From positions 10,478,001-10,542,000 of the forward strand of contig OX597828.1 of assembly GCA_951406725.2 (NCBI GenBank): 64,000 bases of DNA. The letters run 5' to 3'. The DNA comes from Octopus vulgaris. Its lineage: Eukaryota. Made by a program: the position numbers and the translations under genes. Below the pieces are notes generated by a model. It did no database searches, was not told where the DNA came from, and saw only the letters and a program-made list of their open reading frames with translations. How positions within the stretch are numbered: the first letter of the stretch is position 1; the number at the start of each line of letters is the position of its first letter. Below are positions 27,845 through 39,520 of this stretch, piece by piece.

Positions 27845-29078
27845 ATGTGCTGGCGATTTATTGAGTACGTTTCCATGGTAACTGTAAAATTCAACATTTC
27901 AGTAACCAATTCTATTTTGTTCTCGTTTGTAAAAAACGTATCCAGGGAAATATGACATACTTTACTACGAATGAAATTTATTCATTAGTTGTTGACAGCA
28001 AACATCTGAATTGATCATTTGATTCCTTGAAAGCAGCTCAAAATACACAACACCTTGTTATCCCACTGAATTTACAGCATGACCTTTTTCTTATGCAATT
28101 CGTTTTTTTAAAAAAAGGCGAATTCATTGCGTTTTGAATTGCATATCGCAAATATTTATTCGTTGTGTTAAGTGCATCTCTCTCAATTTATGTCGAACCT
28201 AACTATCGAGCTTCTTAACGAGTGCGAGGAATTTGAAGTAATTTTCAACTGTTGTGCGTGATACATTTAACGTCTCTGCAATCTCTCGCACAGTTATATG
28301 ACAATCAGATTTACTTATGGGTTTGATTAGATAATCATTAGCTACTGTAGGTCGAGTAAAACGTTGGACAACCTTGAGTGAAAAGTCTCCAGAACGGATT
28401 TTTTGAAACCATTTCCGACATGTGCGTTCTGTGAATCAGTCAACACCATAAACTATTACCAACCGCTTTGTCCTGGGTTCAGACCCACTGCGTGGCACCT
28501 TGGACAAGAGTCTTGTGAGCCTTGTGAGTGGATTTGGTAGAAGGAAGCTTGAAGAAGCCTGTCGTATATGTATATATATATATATATGTGTGTGTGTATG
28601 TGTGTGTGTATATGTTTGTGTTTGTCCCCCACCATTGCTTGACAACCGATACTGGTGTGTTTACGTCCCCCGTAACTTAGCAGTTTGGCAAAGGACAACG
28701 ATAGAATAAGTACTAGGCTTACAAAGTATAAGATCTGGGGTCGATTTGCGCGACTAAAGGCGGTGCTCCAGCATGGCCGCAGTCAAATTACTGAAACAAG
28801 TAAAAGAATATCATTTTGTGAGCCTGAACAGCTTTCTTGCCTTTACAGAAATTAAAAAGCAAAATATAGCGAAAATCTTCGTTTTTGCACTCCATTTTCT
28901 AACTGATGCTGAACTAACTGCTGTGAACGAAATTACGCGCAATTTGCTTCTAAAGTAAACTAAAAGTAACGGCTATCAAATGTTAAAAGGAAAAAAATCA
29001 TAACATTGACAAAAGTCAATCAAAAAATCGTAACTCTATCTATTAGCGAAAAACGAAATTACTTTTTTGCCAACCCAG
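27845..29078 (-). mobile_element. Decayed mariner (mellifera-subfamily-like), internally deleted and interrupted by a SINE
   Basis: TIR-like ctgggttggcaaaaaagtaatt at the right end and ATG at 28895. It reads MECKNEDFRYILLFNFCKGKKAVQAHK-[SINE]-ERTCRKWFQKIRSGDFSLK...RPTV..D.LIK...HITVREIAETLNVS.TTVENYFK.L.LVKKLDS*VRHKL...HLTQRINICD...GVVYFELL..NQ.INSD..CQQL. Confidence 0.85.
28455..28808 (+). mobile_element. SINE type B inserted in the mariner transposase
   Basis: gggttcagacccactgcgtggcaccttgg, a TA/TG tract, and the tail ggcggtgctccagcatggccgcagtcaaattactgaaacaag. Confidence 0.9.
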
Positions 29079-29529
29079 TTTATAATTATATATGTTAACT
29101 ATGTCTCTTTGATATGCTTCAATTCTTAATTTCTTAATATTTGTAGGTCGAACTCGCAATTGCGATTCTAAATACATGTCTTCGGTATGTGCTAATGAAT
29201 AGCTTGTTTATTAAGTTATACTGTTTACATCAAAGACAAAATAATGATTTTACAACAGAGAGAGGTAAAACATAATATCTGATGTAAATATTTGATAAAG
29301 AGAAAGGTGATTTAGATCATTATTCATAGTACACTAGTTGTGTAAATAGTGAGGTAAGTAAATTAAATTTACGTATTTACAAACTGATAAATAATGTATT
29401 TTCTTGTCTGCTGAAATAACTGTAATTTTAGATGCTGCAAGCATTTCGCAGTCCATGTTTAATTTATGCTAAAGTTAATTAATTCTAGTTATTGTAAGTG
29501 ATGTGTTTTTCCACCTGTTTCTTCGTATA

Positions 29530-29890
29530 CCTATTTCTATTTCTTTATTACTCACAAGAGGCTAAACACAGAGAGGACAAACAAGGACAGGCATAGGGAT
29601 TAAGTCGATTATATCGACCCCAGTGCGTAACTGGTAAATTATTTAATCGACCCCGATAGGATGGAAGGCAAAGTCGACGTCGGCGAAATTTGAATTCAGA
29701 ACGTAGCGGTAGACGAAATACCTATTTCTTTACTATCCACAAGGGGCTACACACAGAGAAGACAAACAAGGACAGTCAAACGGATTAAGTCGATTATATC
29801 TGGTGCTTATTTAACTGGTACTTATCTAATAGCGGCAGTCGAAATACAGCATTTCGCCCGGCGTGCTAACGCTTCGGCCAGCTCACCGCC
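29530..29890 (-). mobile_element. SINE type A head-to-tail dimer
   Basis: Two tails (ctatttcttta.tac.cacaag) at ~29537 and ~29722 and a single head at ~29890. Confidence 0.85.
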
Positions 29891-30169
29891 CTTCTTCTTC
29901 GTATACCGATGAACTGCAGAGCACCGAATCTGTGTACGCTCACAACTGACGTTATGCATCTTATAAGTGATTATTGCATTTCTTTGGTTAAAATATTAGA
30001 ATGGATGTAATCTGGTCTTTCATTGGTTGTTTTATTTATCGCAAGAGTGAGGATCGTCTTGGTAAGTATCAATTCTATTCAATTCAATTATTTTTGTCTT
30101 TAATAAAATGGATTACTTGAGGAGTAAATTATATCCTATAGCTTTATATATTTATTTGAATTTCTTTGG

Positions 30170-30545
30170 GGGTAAGTCGAATACTTGGACCCCGTTGTTC
30201 AACGAAACTTATTTCAATGCCGACCAAGGCGGGACTTGAAATCAGAACATGAAGGCACAGAAAATGCTGATAAGCATGCTGCCTGTTGTGCTAACAATTC
30301 TACCAGCTCGCGGCCTTGTTGAGCAAAGTAATAAACCTTTCTAATAATGGTACAAGGCCTGAAATTTGGTGTGAGGAGACTAGTCGATTATATCAACCTT
30401 AGTACTCAGTTGGTACTCATTATATAGACCCGCACAAAGGATGAAAGTCAACCTCGGCGGAATTTGAACTCAGAACACGAAGACAGACGAAATGTCGATA
30501 AGCATTTTGCCCGGCGTGCTAACGATTCTGCCAGCTCGCCGCCTT
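30170..30545 (-). mobile_element. Two SINE type A copies
   Basis: Heads ending ttctaccagctcgc (~30312) and ttctgccagctcgccgcc (~30543). Confidence 0.75.
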
Positions 30546-30584
30546 GAGTAAAGTAATAACGTTAACTACTCGGAGTCGGATACC

Positions 30585-30892
30585 CCCTTCGTTCACGAAT
30601 GAACATGTGATTGCACCTAGAAAGTTACCCTCCGAGGCAGAAATCAGGGCAAGGTTGTTTTTATGAAAGACCAGCAGTCACCCATGCATACCAGCCTCCC
30701 CTCTCCACGTCACCAGTGTTATCCAAGGGAAAGTCAAAGGCCAATACAGCTTGGCACTTGTGACGTCGCAACACATTTCTACAGCCAAATAATGTGTCAT
30801 TTTCAAGAACACCACACGCAACCGGTCCAGGATTGGGACTCACAACCTCACGGTCATTAGTTCGGCGCTCTAACCACTGAGCAATGCGCCTC
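30585..30892 (-). mobile_element. tRNA-derived SINE type E
   Basis: The minus strand starts ggcgcattgctcagtggttagagcgccgaac (tRNA head). The body is homologous to 39180-39520. Confidence 0.75.
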
Positions 30893-31315
30893 TCCTGCCA
30901 TTAATTACTACGCATTAGTTTATCCTACTTCGAGCGAAATATCGATATATGTCAGTCTCTTTCACTTGCAGAGCGATTTCGTTTCTTGTTCCAATTATGA
31001 AGACCTTAATATTTTGATTTTAATCGAATGTTTACATTATGGAGTAATTAAGGATCTGTTAACGGCATATCATTTACAATACAAAGGAAGTAAAAATTTT
31101 ACTACAGATGAAGTAAGAGACATTAGCTGAAAGCAGTGGAGAAAGGGGAAGTTATTTTTCTTCATGGTTCATAGATCATTAGTAGTCTCCATAGATAGGT
31201 AAATTTAATTTCAAACTTATGTGTATGCCAACCGATGTATGAATAGGCTGAAACGATGCCAAAACACTGCTGAAGTTAGTGTAACTGTTGTTGTTGCAGT
31301 GGTACTTTTATATAT

Positions 31316-31625
31316 AGTGAAAAAACTACAGAAGGCTTAAAGGTTAAAAAATATATATATTTGCGTCAATATGTCTGAAGAATATTAAAATTTTTTTTCC
31401 CTTACAATGACATAGTTTAGGAGAAAGACCGGTTTCGCGTTTAGCTTTTCAAATTTCTTACGACGTTATGTTTCCGTCGTAAGAAATTTGAAAAGCTAAA
31501 CGCGAAACCGGTCTTTCTCCTAAACTATGTCATTGTAACGGAAAAACATTTTTTAATATTCTTCAGACATATTGACGCAAATATATATATTTTTTAACCT
31601 TTAAGCCTTCTGTAGTTTTTTCACT
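31316..31625. repeat. Long near-perfect inverted repeat (150/151-bp arms, 9-bp spacer)
   Basis: 31316-31465 is the reverse complement of 31475-31625, except for a few changes in one A/T run. Spacer is ttatgtttc. Confidence 0.95.
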
Positions 31626-31675
31626 TTTTATTATTTTCTATATATTCAACCACGTGCTTTCACAAACCAACTTTC

Positions 31676-31711
<36 letters not shown>

Positions 31712-31718
31712 ATATCTA

Positions 31719-31758
<40 letters not shown>

Positions 31759-31781
31759 TATATGTGTGTGTGTGTGTGTGT

Positions 31782-32070
31782 GTGGAGGCGCAATGGCCCA
31801 GTGGTTAGGCCAGTGGACTCGCGGTCGTAGGATCGCGGTTTCGATTCCCAAACCGGGCGTTGTGAGTGTTTATTGAGCGAAAACACCTAAAGCTCCACCA
31901 CACTCCAGCAGGGGGTGGTGGTGATCCCTGTTGTACTCTTTCGCCCCAGCTTTCTCTCACTCTTTCTTCCTGATTCTTAAGTAAAGCTGCGATGGACTCG
32001 CGTCCCGTCCAGTTGCGGGAAACCGGTAAACTGGGCCCATGAGCCTAGCTAGGCTTGAAAAGGGCGCATA
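31782..32070 (+). mobile_element. SINE type C (Meta-like domain)
   Basis: TGGCCCAGTGGTTAGG...GTTTCGATTCCC head; ctgcgatggactcgcgtcccgtccag...gaaaccgg...catgagcctagctaggct as at 5128-5375. Confidence 0.8.
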
Positions 32071-32347
32071 AATATATAAAAAAATGTATGTATGCGCAAA
32101 AATGCGTGCGCACGTACGCACAAATTATAATCACGCACTACACTTCACACCTAGAAATACACATACATACACATTTAAGACCTCTCTTCATGAATTGCCT
32201 GCCTATAATATATTAGTTATCTGTTATTGGTTCACAAAGTTCAGTTACGCAAAATATCGTAAGGTTCAACGTCGGACCTTCGTGTTTGCAAAGCAAATTT
32301 CATAACCACTTTGTTATGTCTGTGTCGTTATACGCAGTATTTGAATG

Positions 32348-32660
32348 GAAGGCGCGTTCCTTGGTGGTTAGGGGCATTCGGCTCATGATCGTAAGGTCGT
32401 AAGTTCAATTCCTAGCGGCGCGTTGTGTCCTTGAGCAAGACACTTTATTTCACGTTGCTCCAGTCCACTCAGCTGGCAAAAATGAGTTGTACCTGTATTT
32501 CAAAGGGTCAACATTGTCACAATCTGTGTCCCGAGAAATACGTTAAGGGTACACGTGCTTGTGGAGTGCTCGACCATTACACGATAAATTTCACAAACAA
32601 GCTGTTCCGGTGATCGTATCAGCTGGGACCCTGGTTGTCGCAACCGACGGAGTGCTCCCC
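32348..32660 (+). mobile_element. tRNA-derived SINE type D
   Basis: Same head and CORE-like segment as type C (gtccttgagcaagacactttatttcacgttgctccagtccactcagctggcaaaaatgagt), with a different 3' body. Confidence 0.7.
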
Positions 32661-33225
32661 TCTATTTAAATGGAATTCAATTTAACTAAATTCAACTCGA
32701 AACTGAAAACATGATACTCATTGCACTTGCCTCCAGATTACTACAAGTACCCCGGTACTTATCTTTTATATTTTACTATGGTTTACAATATATTATTAAA
32801 GATACCTGAAATTAAATATTTATTCTGTGAGTGTGCATCAATAATTCTAATACAATATTAACTCTGATTCCCCCAGGAACAATAATTTAGTCTCGTCTGT
32901 TTATTTCTACTCAAGATATGACTGAAATTATGGACAAGAAACAGCTATATATTGATTGTCAGGAAAACGAGAGGTATCTGTTCATTAAGTTTGGATAGGC
33001 TGATGAGAAATGTGATTGTGTAGCATATATGCCGTTCTGAAGGGTGAAGTACATGTTCTAAAAATGTCATGATTTAATTACGTTGTCTAAACCACTGGGT
33101 CTGTTTACTGTACGTTGCGGGCGTTCTTCTAAATGATAGTATATATAATACAGGGTGGGACAAATATCATATACCCAAACACTCGCCATTTTATTTAAAT
33201 TTCGTTGTTGCTGCTCTTGTTAATA

Positions 33226-33552
33226 AGGCGGCGAGCTGGCATGAACGTTAACACGCCGGGCGAAATGCTTAGCGGTATCTCGTCTGCCGCTACGTTCTGA
33301 GTTCAAATTCCGCCGAGGTCGACTTTGCCTTTCATCCTTTCGGGGTCGATTAAATAAGTACCAGTTACGCACTGGGATCGATGTAATCGACTTAATCCCT
33401 TTGTCTGTCCTTGTTTGTCCCCTCTATGTTTAGCCCCCTGTGGGCAATAAAGAAACAAGAAACGTTAGCACGCCGGGCGAAATGCATAGTTGTATTTCGT
33501 CTGCCGTTACGTTCTGAGTTCAAATTCCGCCGAGGTCGTCTTTGCCTTTCAT
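33226..33552 (+). mobile_element. SINE type A full copy plus a tandem partial copy
   Basis: Full copy 33226-33457. A second unit restarts at agaaacgttagcacgcc. Confidence 0.9.
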
Positions 33553-33574
33553 GGTTTGTAGTGGCGTACTTATT

Positions 33575-33830
33575 TTCACTGTATGGAAAGTGTTTTCCTT
33601 AAGATGAGTGCGGTATGTATTTGTGCTATTTTTTTTTCTTTTGTATGTTGTATACACTTTTAAGTCCTGGTGTTATGTATTTGTCCGACTTTTTTTTTTA
33701 TCAAAGCTAATGTGCTTGCTATAATAGGAATCGTTTCTGCTTTTAGGCTCCACATTCCAGATCTTTTCCCAGATCTTTGCATTTTGTAAGCTTCTCCGTT
33801 TCTTTTAGAGAAACATTAGGACTTTCCGAT
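33575..33830 (-). mobile_element. R4/Dong-type LINE C-terminal fragment
   Basis: NVSLKETEKLTKCKDL...KAETIPIIASTLALIKK...NIQK.KIAQIHTALILRKTLSIQ*. Confidence 0.75.
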
Positions 33831-34704
33831 CGGGAACTATCATAAATAATTTCTAGATGTCCTTGGCTTGGCAATGCTAACGGGGAGCGCTTCCGGTCCG
33901 AGACAAGCTCTACAGGCACGGATGCGCAGAGGATGTACATCGCAGAGGATGTACATTCGCTTGGCTGGAGGTTGCTGACATATCGCCTTCCATATGCTGT
34001 CAGTTCCGTTTTCCACTTTGCCATACTTTTTCCAAGCAATCACTCAATATTCGATGCATTACCAAACAGATTCATACAATTCAAGAATGTAGGGTCAAAT
34101 CGTACACCTTACGATAATCGATCCATGACATGGCTAAGTCAGTTTTCCTCCTCTTGCAGTCTCTAAATATATTATTACCACCATCATTATCATTATTATC
34201 ATCATCATTATTATCATTATTATTATTATTATTATCATTATTATTATTAAAAGTTATTATTGAATGTTGTTTAGTTTCAACTTTTGTCTTGTACTTGAGA
34301 TTATCATAACTATGTGAGTGTTTAAGGGAATAATAAGAGCAAGATAGACAGTTCGGTGAATAGATTAAATTCCACAGGTCTGTAAATATATTCGGCAGAT
34401 GGTGAAGAGATCAGCAATGGGCATTCCTGTGCGATAAGGAGAAAAAAGCGGCCTCACACCCTTAGGGTCAGCAGAGGTCATATGTGTTTATTACTACTAG
34501 CGATCAATGAGTGCGCTGACCTTTGCCTTGAAAAGAACCAAGTCATCTTGTTCTATTTTTACTTACTGATAGAAAAAAATGATTATCTATATAAAGATGT
34601 CCATCTCGTTAAATGTTTGAATTTCTGAATTTTTTGTTCTTTGAAAATTTTCATTTCTTTTTATAAGTTTTGCTGTGGTTTACAGTTTTTGTAATTGTGC
34701 AGTG

Positions 34705-35869
34705 GGATCTTTTCTATTCTGAAGCCAGGACCACATATCTTTCTACTTAACTAAATAATCTGAAACTTCGTATGCTGATAGAGTCTAGCAAAACAAGACA
34801 CAGGTTGGAACTAGTTTATTTGAGAAAAATCTATTTTATGACTTTAATCGTAGATTAAAACTGCGAATTTTAACCAATCAGATTGTTTGTTTTCATGTGT
34901 AAAACTTGACTGCATTCTATTAGTGTGACGTAGAAAGCGCTTTTGTGACGTACTAACGTTCGGAAAACTGTAAACAAACACGGCAGACGAAATACGGCTA
35001 CGCATTTCGCCCGGCGTGCTAACGTTTCTGCCAGCTCTTTGCTTTTTTAATATTAAATTTCGGCGAAGTTTCGCTTGTCGTAGCACAAGTTTTCCGTCGA
35101 TTTCCGTAAAAAACTTTTATTTTTTTACATAAGTAATGAGAGCGAAAGAGACTCAGAGGAAGCGATTTTATGACGAGGGAAGTTTGTCTTTGAAGTTACC
35201 GTCTAGGGGAAGCATTGATGTACATGTGTGTGTGTGTGTGTGTTTGATGGGGTGTGGGAGACAGTATGTTGTGTAAGTGAAGTGCTTCTGTTAGTGTGTG
35301 TGAAGAGACAGAGAGAGTAATGTGTGAAAGAGAGAGATAACTGAAATTTTTTACTCGGTGTATGTGTATATGTATGTCTGCATGTATGTGTGTGTGTGTA
35401 TGTATCTATGTATGTATGGCCAATTCATCATAATTACGATTACGATGAATCGGCTATACATACATACACACACACATACATACACACACACACATACTTA
35501 CACATACATACACACACACATACATGCAGACATACAGAATGGAAACATTTTCAATTTAATACATGTGGCTTATTAACTAGTTTTAAATATTGTTATTAGA
35601 AGGTGGCTGACTTGTTTACATTTAAGATGTTAAATACGTCACGAAATTGGTGGTCGAGACGGAGTAAATAAAATAAAGCCGAATGACAGAATATCATTGG
35701 TTAAAATTCTAATTATTAAACAACGTTAAACTTAGAAGTTACAATTCCGTTTTCATTCTGGTTTACAGTTAAGTTTACTTTTGACACATTCTACCAGTAT
35801 ACGAAGTTTCAAATTGTTTGGTTCAGTAGGAAAAATTTGAAAAAACTGGCCTCAAAATAGAAAAGATCC
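34705..35869. mobile_element. Non-autonomous DNA transposon (MITE) with ~85-bp imperfect TIRs and an 8-bp TSD
   Basis: TIR GGATCTTTTCTATT... / ...AATAGAAAAGATCC. TSD gtgcagtg at 34697-34704 and 35870-35877. A SINE A fragment (~34980-35035) and microsatellites are nested inside. Confidence 0.8.
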
Positions 35870-36309
35870 GTGCAGTGTATATATATTGGCAGGTGCTTAC
35901 CTCCTTAACGTTTTATCTTTTATCGTGCATTTAATTGTGTAACATATTCGGGTAGTCAGAGAAAAAGAAAGATAAAATGCTCACGCAAAATTGTAGATAT
36001 TAAACTTTCTAAATTTTTTGAGATGTTCGTTTGTATGTCACATGAGTGAAGACTACGGTTTTTGCAAAAGAAAAAAAATAAGAAAAGAAAATTAAAAAAA
36101 GGATGTTTACATTTTCGAATGTTCAGGTGGATGGAAAGGAAGAGAAGGAAGGTAACATGTTTACAGAAAATTGTACATGTTCCAGTCTTTGAGAGTTATT
36201 TTTCAGTTGTCCTGCTGGGTTGTATGAGTTATTCTGTGATTTCAGCTGATGAATGGTCAGAACAGCGAAGAATATGTCCAGCCGCTGCCAAGGCTGGCGC
36301 TATTCCTTT

Positions 36310-36310
<1 letters not shown>

Positions 36311-36362
<52 letters not shown>

Positions 36363-36413
36363 TAATAATAATAATAATAATAATAAGAAGAAGAAGAAGA
36401 AGAAGAATAATAA

Positions 36414-36444
<31 letters not shown>

Positions 36445-36497
36445 AAGAAGAAGAAGGAGAAGAATAGTAGTAGTAGCAGTAGTAGTAGTAGTAGTAT
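36311..36497. repeat. Compound microsatellite (TAC)n(TAA)n(GAA)n(TAG)n
   Basis: Visible. Confidence 0.95.
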
Positions 36498-36498
36498 T

Positions 36499-37172
36499 GC
36501 GGTGAGCTGGCAGAATTGTTAGCACGGTGGACGAAATGCTTTGTAGTATTCCGGCCGTCGCTAAGTTTTGAGTTCATATTCCACCCTTTTCGGGGTACAT
36601 AAATCAAGCACCTGTTGAGTACTGAGGTTGATGTAATTGACTATCCCCTAACCACCTACCCCCTAATTTCAGGTCTTGCGCTTATAACAGAATCTATTAT
36701 TATTATTGATGTTGTTGTTGTTATTGTAGTACTTAATAGGGCTGCACACTAGAAGAATCGTTAGCACGCTGAACACAATGCTTAGCGGTATTTCGTCTGT
36801 TTTGAGTTCTAATGCCGCCAGGGACGACTTTGGCTTTCATCCTTTCGATGGATCGATAAAATAAGTGCCAGTGAAACACTAGTGTCGTCGATGTACTCCA
36901 CTAAACCGACACCCCTAAAATTTCAAACTATAGTAGAAAGGGTTATTATTAATATTGTTCTTAATAAGGCAACGCGCTGGTAGAATCGTTTCCACGCTGG
37001 GCAAAGTGCTTAGCGGCAATTTCATCCGTCCTTACGTTATATGTTCAAATGCCACCGGTGCCAACTTTGCCTTTCATCCTTTCGGGGTAGATGAATTAAT
37101 TACCAATAAAGCACTGGGGAAAATGTAATGGATTAATCTCCCTCCCACCGAATTTCGAGCCTTGTGTAGAAA
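36499..37172 (+). mobile_element. Three tandem decayed SINE type A copies (ATT-tailed)
   Basis: Heads at ~36499, ~36752 and ~36968, each followed by ctttcatccttt/cttttcgggg and an ATT-rich tail. Confidence 0.7.
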
Positions 37173-37269
37173 TGATTATCATTCCTTTACTTCAACATGT
37201 ATAATTACGTGTTTATTAATCATTATTCTTTTAATTTTATTCAATTTTATTTTAATTCTTTATTTTATT

Positions 37270-37437
37270 AGGCGTAGGAGTGGCTGTGTGGTAAGTAGCT
37301 TGATACCGACCACATGGTTCCGGTTCAGTACCACTGCGTGGCACCTTGGGTAAGTGTCTTTTACTATAGCCTCGGGCCGACAAAGCCTTGTAAGTGGATT
37401 TGGTAGACGGAAACTGAAAGAAGCCCGTCGTATATAT

Positions 37438-37479
<42 letters not shown>

Positions 37480-37692
37480 ACGTGTCTGTGTTTGTCGCCC
37501 AACATCGCTTGACAACCGATGCTGGTGTGTTTGTGTCCCCGTAACTTAGCGGTTCGGCAAAAGAGACCGATAGAATAAGTACTAGGCTTACAAAGAATAA
37601 GTCCTAGGTTCGATTTGCTCGACTAGAGGCGGTGCTCCAGCATGGCCGCACTCAAATGACTGAAACAAGTAAAAGAGTGAAAGAGTAAAAGA
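37270..37692 (+). mobile_element. SINE type B, full length
   Basis: ggcgtaggagtggctgtgtggtaag (A box), ggttcagtacc (B-box-like), caccttgggtaagtgtctt (CORE-like), a TG tract and the LINE-like tail. Confidence 0.9.
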
Positions 37693-38030
37693 TAATTTAA
37701 TAAAGAATGAAGAATGATTTGAAAATTCCCGAGCATCTTGAATATATTCTGTGTGTGACTTTTAGGTCACTCAATATATTGGGATAAATTCTCTAACATA
37801 TAGAGCTGTGGTTTCCACTTGTTTAACGACATTGCCAACACAAACTACTGGAGGGAATATTTACATGGTCATTCGCTTGGCTGGGTGTTGCTGACATATC
37901 GTCTTCAAATCATTGAGTGCAGTAGAGAGGAGAGAATAAAATGTTAGATAATAGAATCCCAGGTAAAATCTTAATGACGCAGTGAACATGGGTCAGTTCG
38001 ATCAAGGCTTGTCTGGTGCAAAGTACTAAT

Positions 38031-38593
38031 GGTTTCAAATTTTGGCACAAGGCCAGCAACTTCGAGGCTGGACTTAAGTCGATTACATCGACCTAGTACT
38101 TAGCTGGCACTTATATTATATACCCCTCAAAAGGATGAAAGGCAAAGTCAACCTCGGCGGAATTTGAACTCAGAAAGTAGCGGCAGGCGAATAAGATATT
38201 CTTTTCTACTCTAGGAACACGGCACGAAATTTTTGGGGAAGGTGCCAGTCGATTAGATCGACCCCAGTATGCAACAGGTATGTAATTTATCGACCCTGAA
38301 ATGATGAAAGTCAAAGTCGACCTCGGCGAAATTTGAACTCAGAACGTAGCGGCAGGCGAAATACCTATTTCTTTACTACCCACAAGGAGCTAAACACAGA
38401 GGAGACAAACAAAGACAGACAGACGGATTAAGTCGATTACATCGATCCCAGTGCGTAACTGGTACTTAATTTATCGACCCCGAAAGGATGAAAGGCAAAG
38501 TCGACCGCGGCGAAATTTGAACTCAGAACGTAGCGGCAGGCGAAATACCACAAATCATTTCGCCCAAAGTGATAACGATTCTGCCAGCCCGCC
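38031..38593 (-). mobile_element. SINE type A head-to-tail trimer
   Basis: Three aaagtc.acc.cggcg.aatttgaactcagaa units; only the rightmost has a head. Confidence 0.85.
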
Positions 38594-39179
38594 ACGTTGT
38601 AGCGTTAATTAATAGAAATAACTACTACGCACTCGTTTATCCTACTTGAAGTGAAATATCAATATCTGTCGCTCTCTCTTTCGTCCAGCTTGAGGCATGC
38701 AGTATTATTAAACACAACGCATATTTAAAGATATTTCGTCATCTTATGCGTTTCTACGTCGTTTCATTATGCACATACATTAGGTATGTCATATTGATTA
38801 TATTTACATTATTTAAGTTACTTCAGATACAAATTCTAATCTTAGATGTGCTATTTAGTTCAAAGTTATTTCTCTGATGTTTATTAAAGTCGCAGCGGAT
38901 GTACAGTTGCGGGCCTCGGGAATAGAATTTTGTTCCATATATTAGAACACCAGGAAAATCGTTAGAAACAATATAAGATAGCTTTCGGTTGAAAAGATAT
39001 GAGAGCGAGCTGTGCTTACTCAAATTATATAGCAACGAATGTCTAACACACTGAATGAAACGTAAATTTCAGCATATAACTCAAAATTTAGGTCCCTCGG
39101 TTTCTCATTTGTCAAAATATGTGATTTTTGTTCCAAACCACTAGAGTATATATAATATTTTTTTGACAGTGAAGTGAAG

Positions 39180-39520
39180 GGTCAAGGCTCATGAGATAGC
39201 GAAATTGATTCCCAGACCGAGCTGTGCGTTGTGTTCTTGAGCAAGACTCATTATTTCACGTCGTTCCAATTCACTCACCTGTAGAAATGAGTCGCAATGT
39301 CACTGGTGCTAAGCTGTCTCGGGATTTGCTTTTCCCTTTAATAATATCGATGGCGTGGAGAGGGTAGACTGGTATGCATGGGCATCTGATGGTCTTCTAT
39401 AAACAAACTTGCCCAGGGTAGACTGGTATGCATGGGCATCTGATGGTCTTCTATAAACAAACTTGCCCAGACTGGTGCGTCGAAGGGGAACTTTCTAGGT
39501 GCAATCACACGGTCATTCAT
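39180..39520 (+). mobile_element. SINE type E with an internal 54-bp tandem duplication
   Basis: Head as in types C and D. 39361-39414 is duplicated at 39415-39468. Confidence 0.75.

Noticed and set aside
33835-34165. Possible RTE C-terminal remnant (LSHV...ELVSDRKR)
   Set aside because: Similarity is too weak to call.
38031-38593. CRISPR-like repeat array
   Set aside because: Eukaryotic context, the units are SINE-length without unique spacers, and no cas genes are present.
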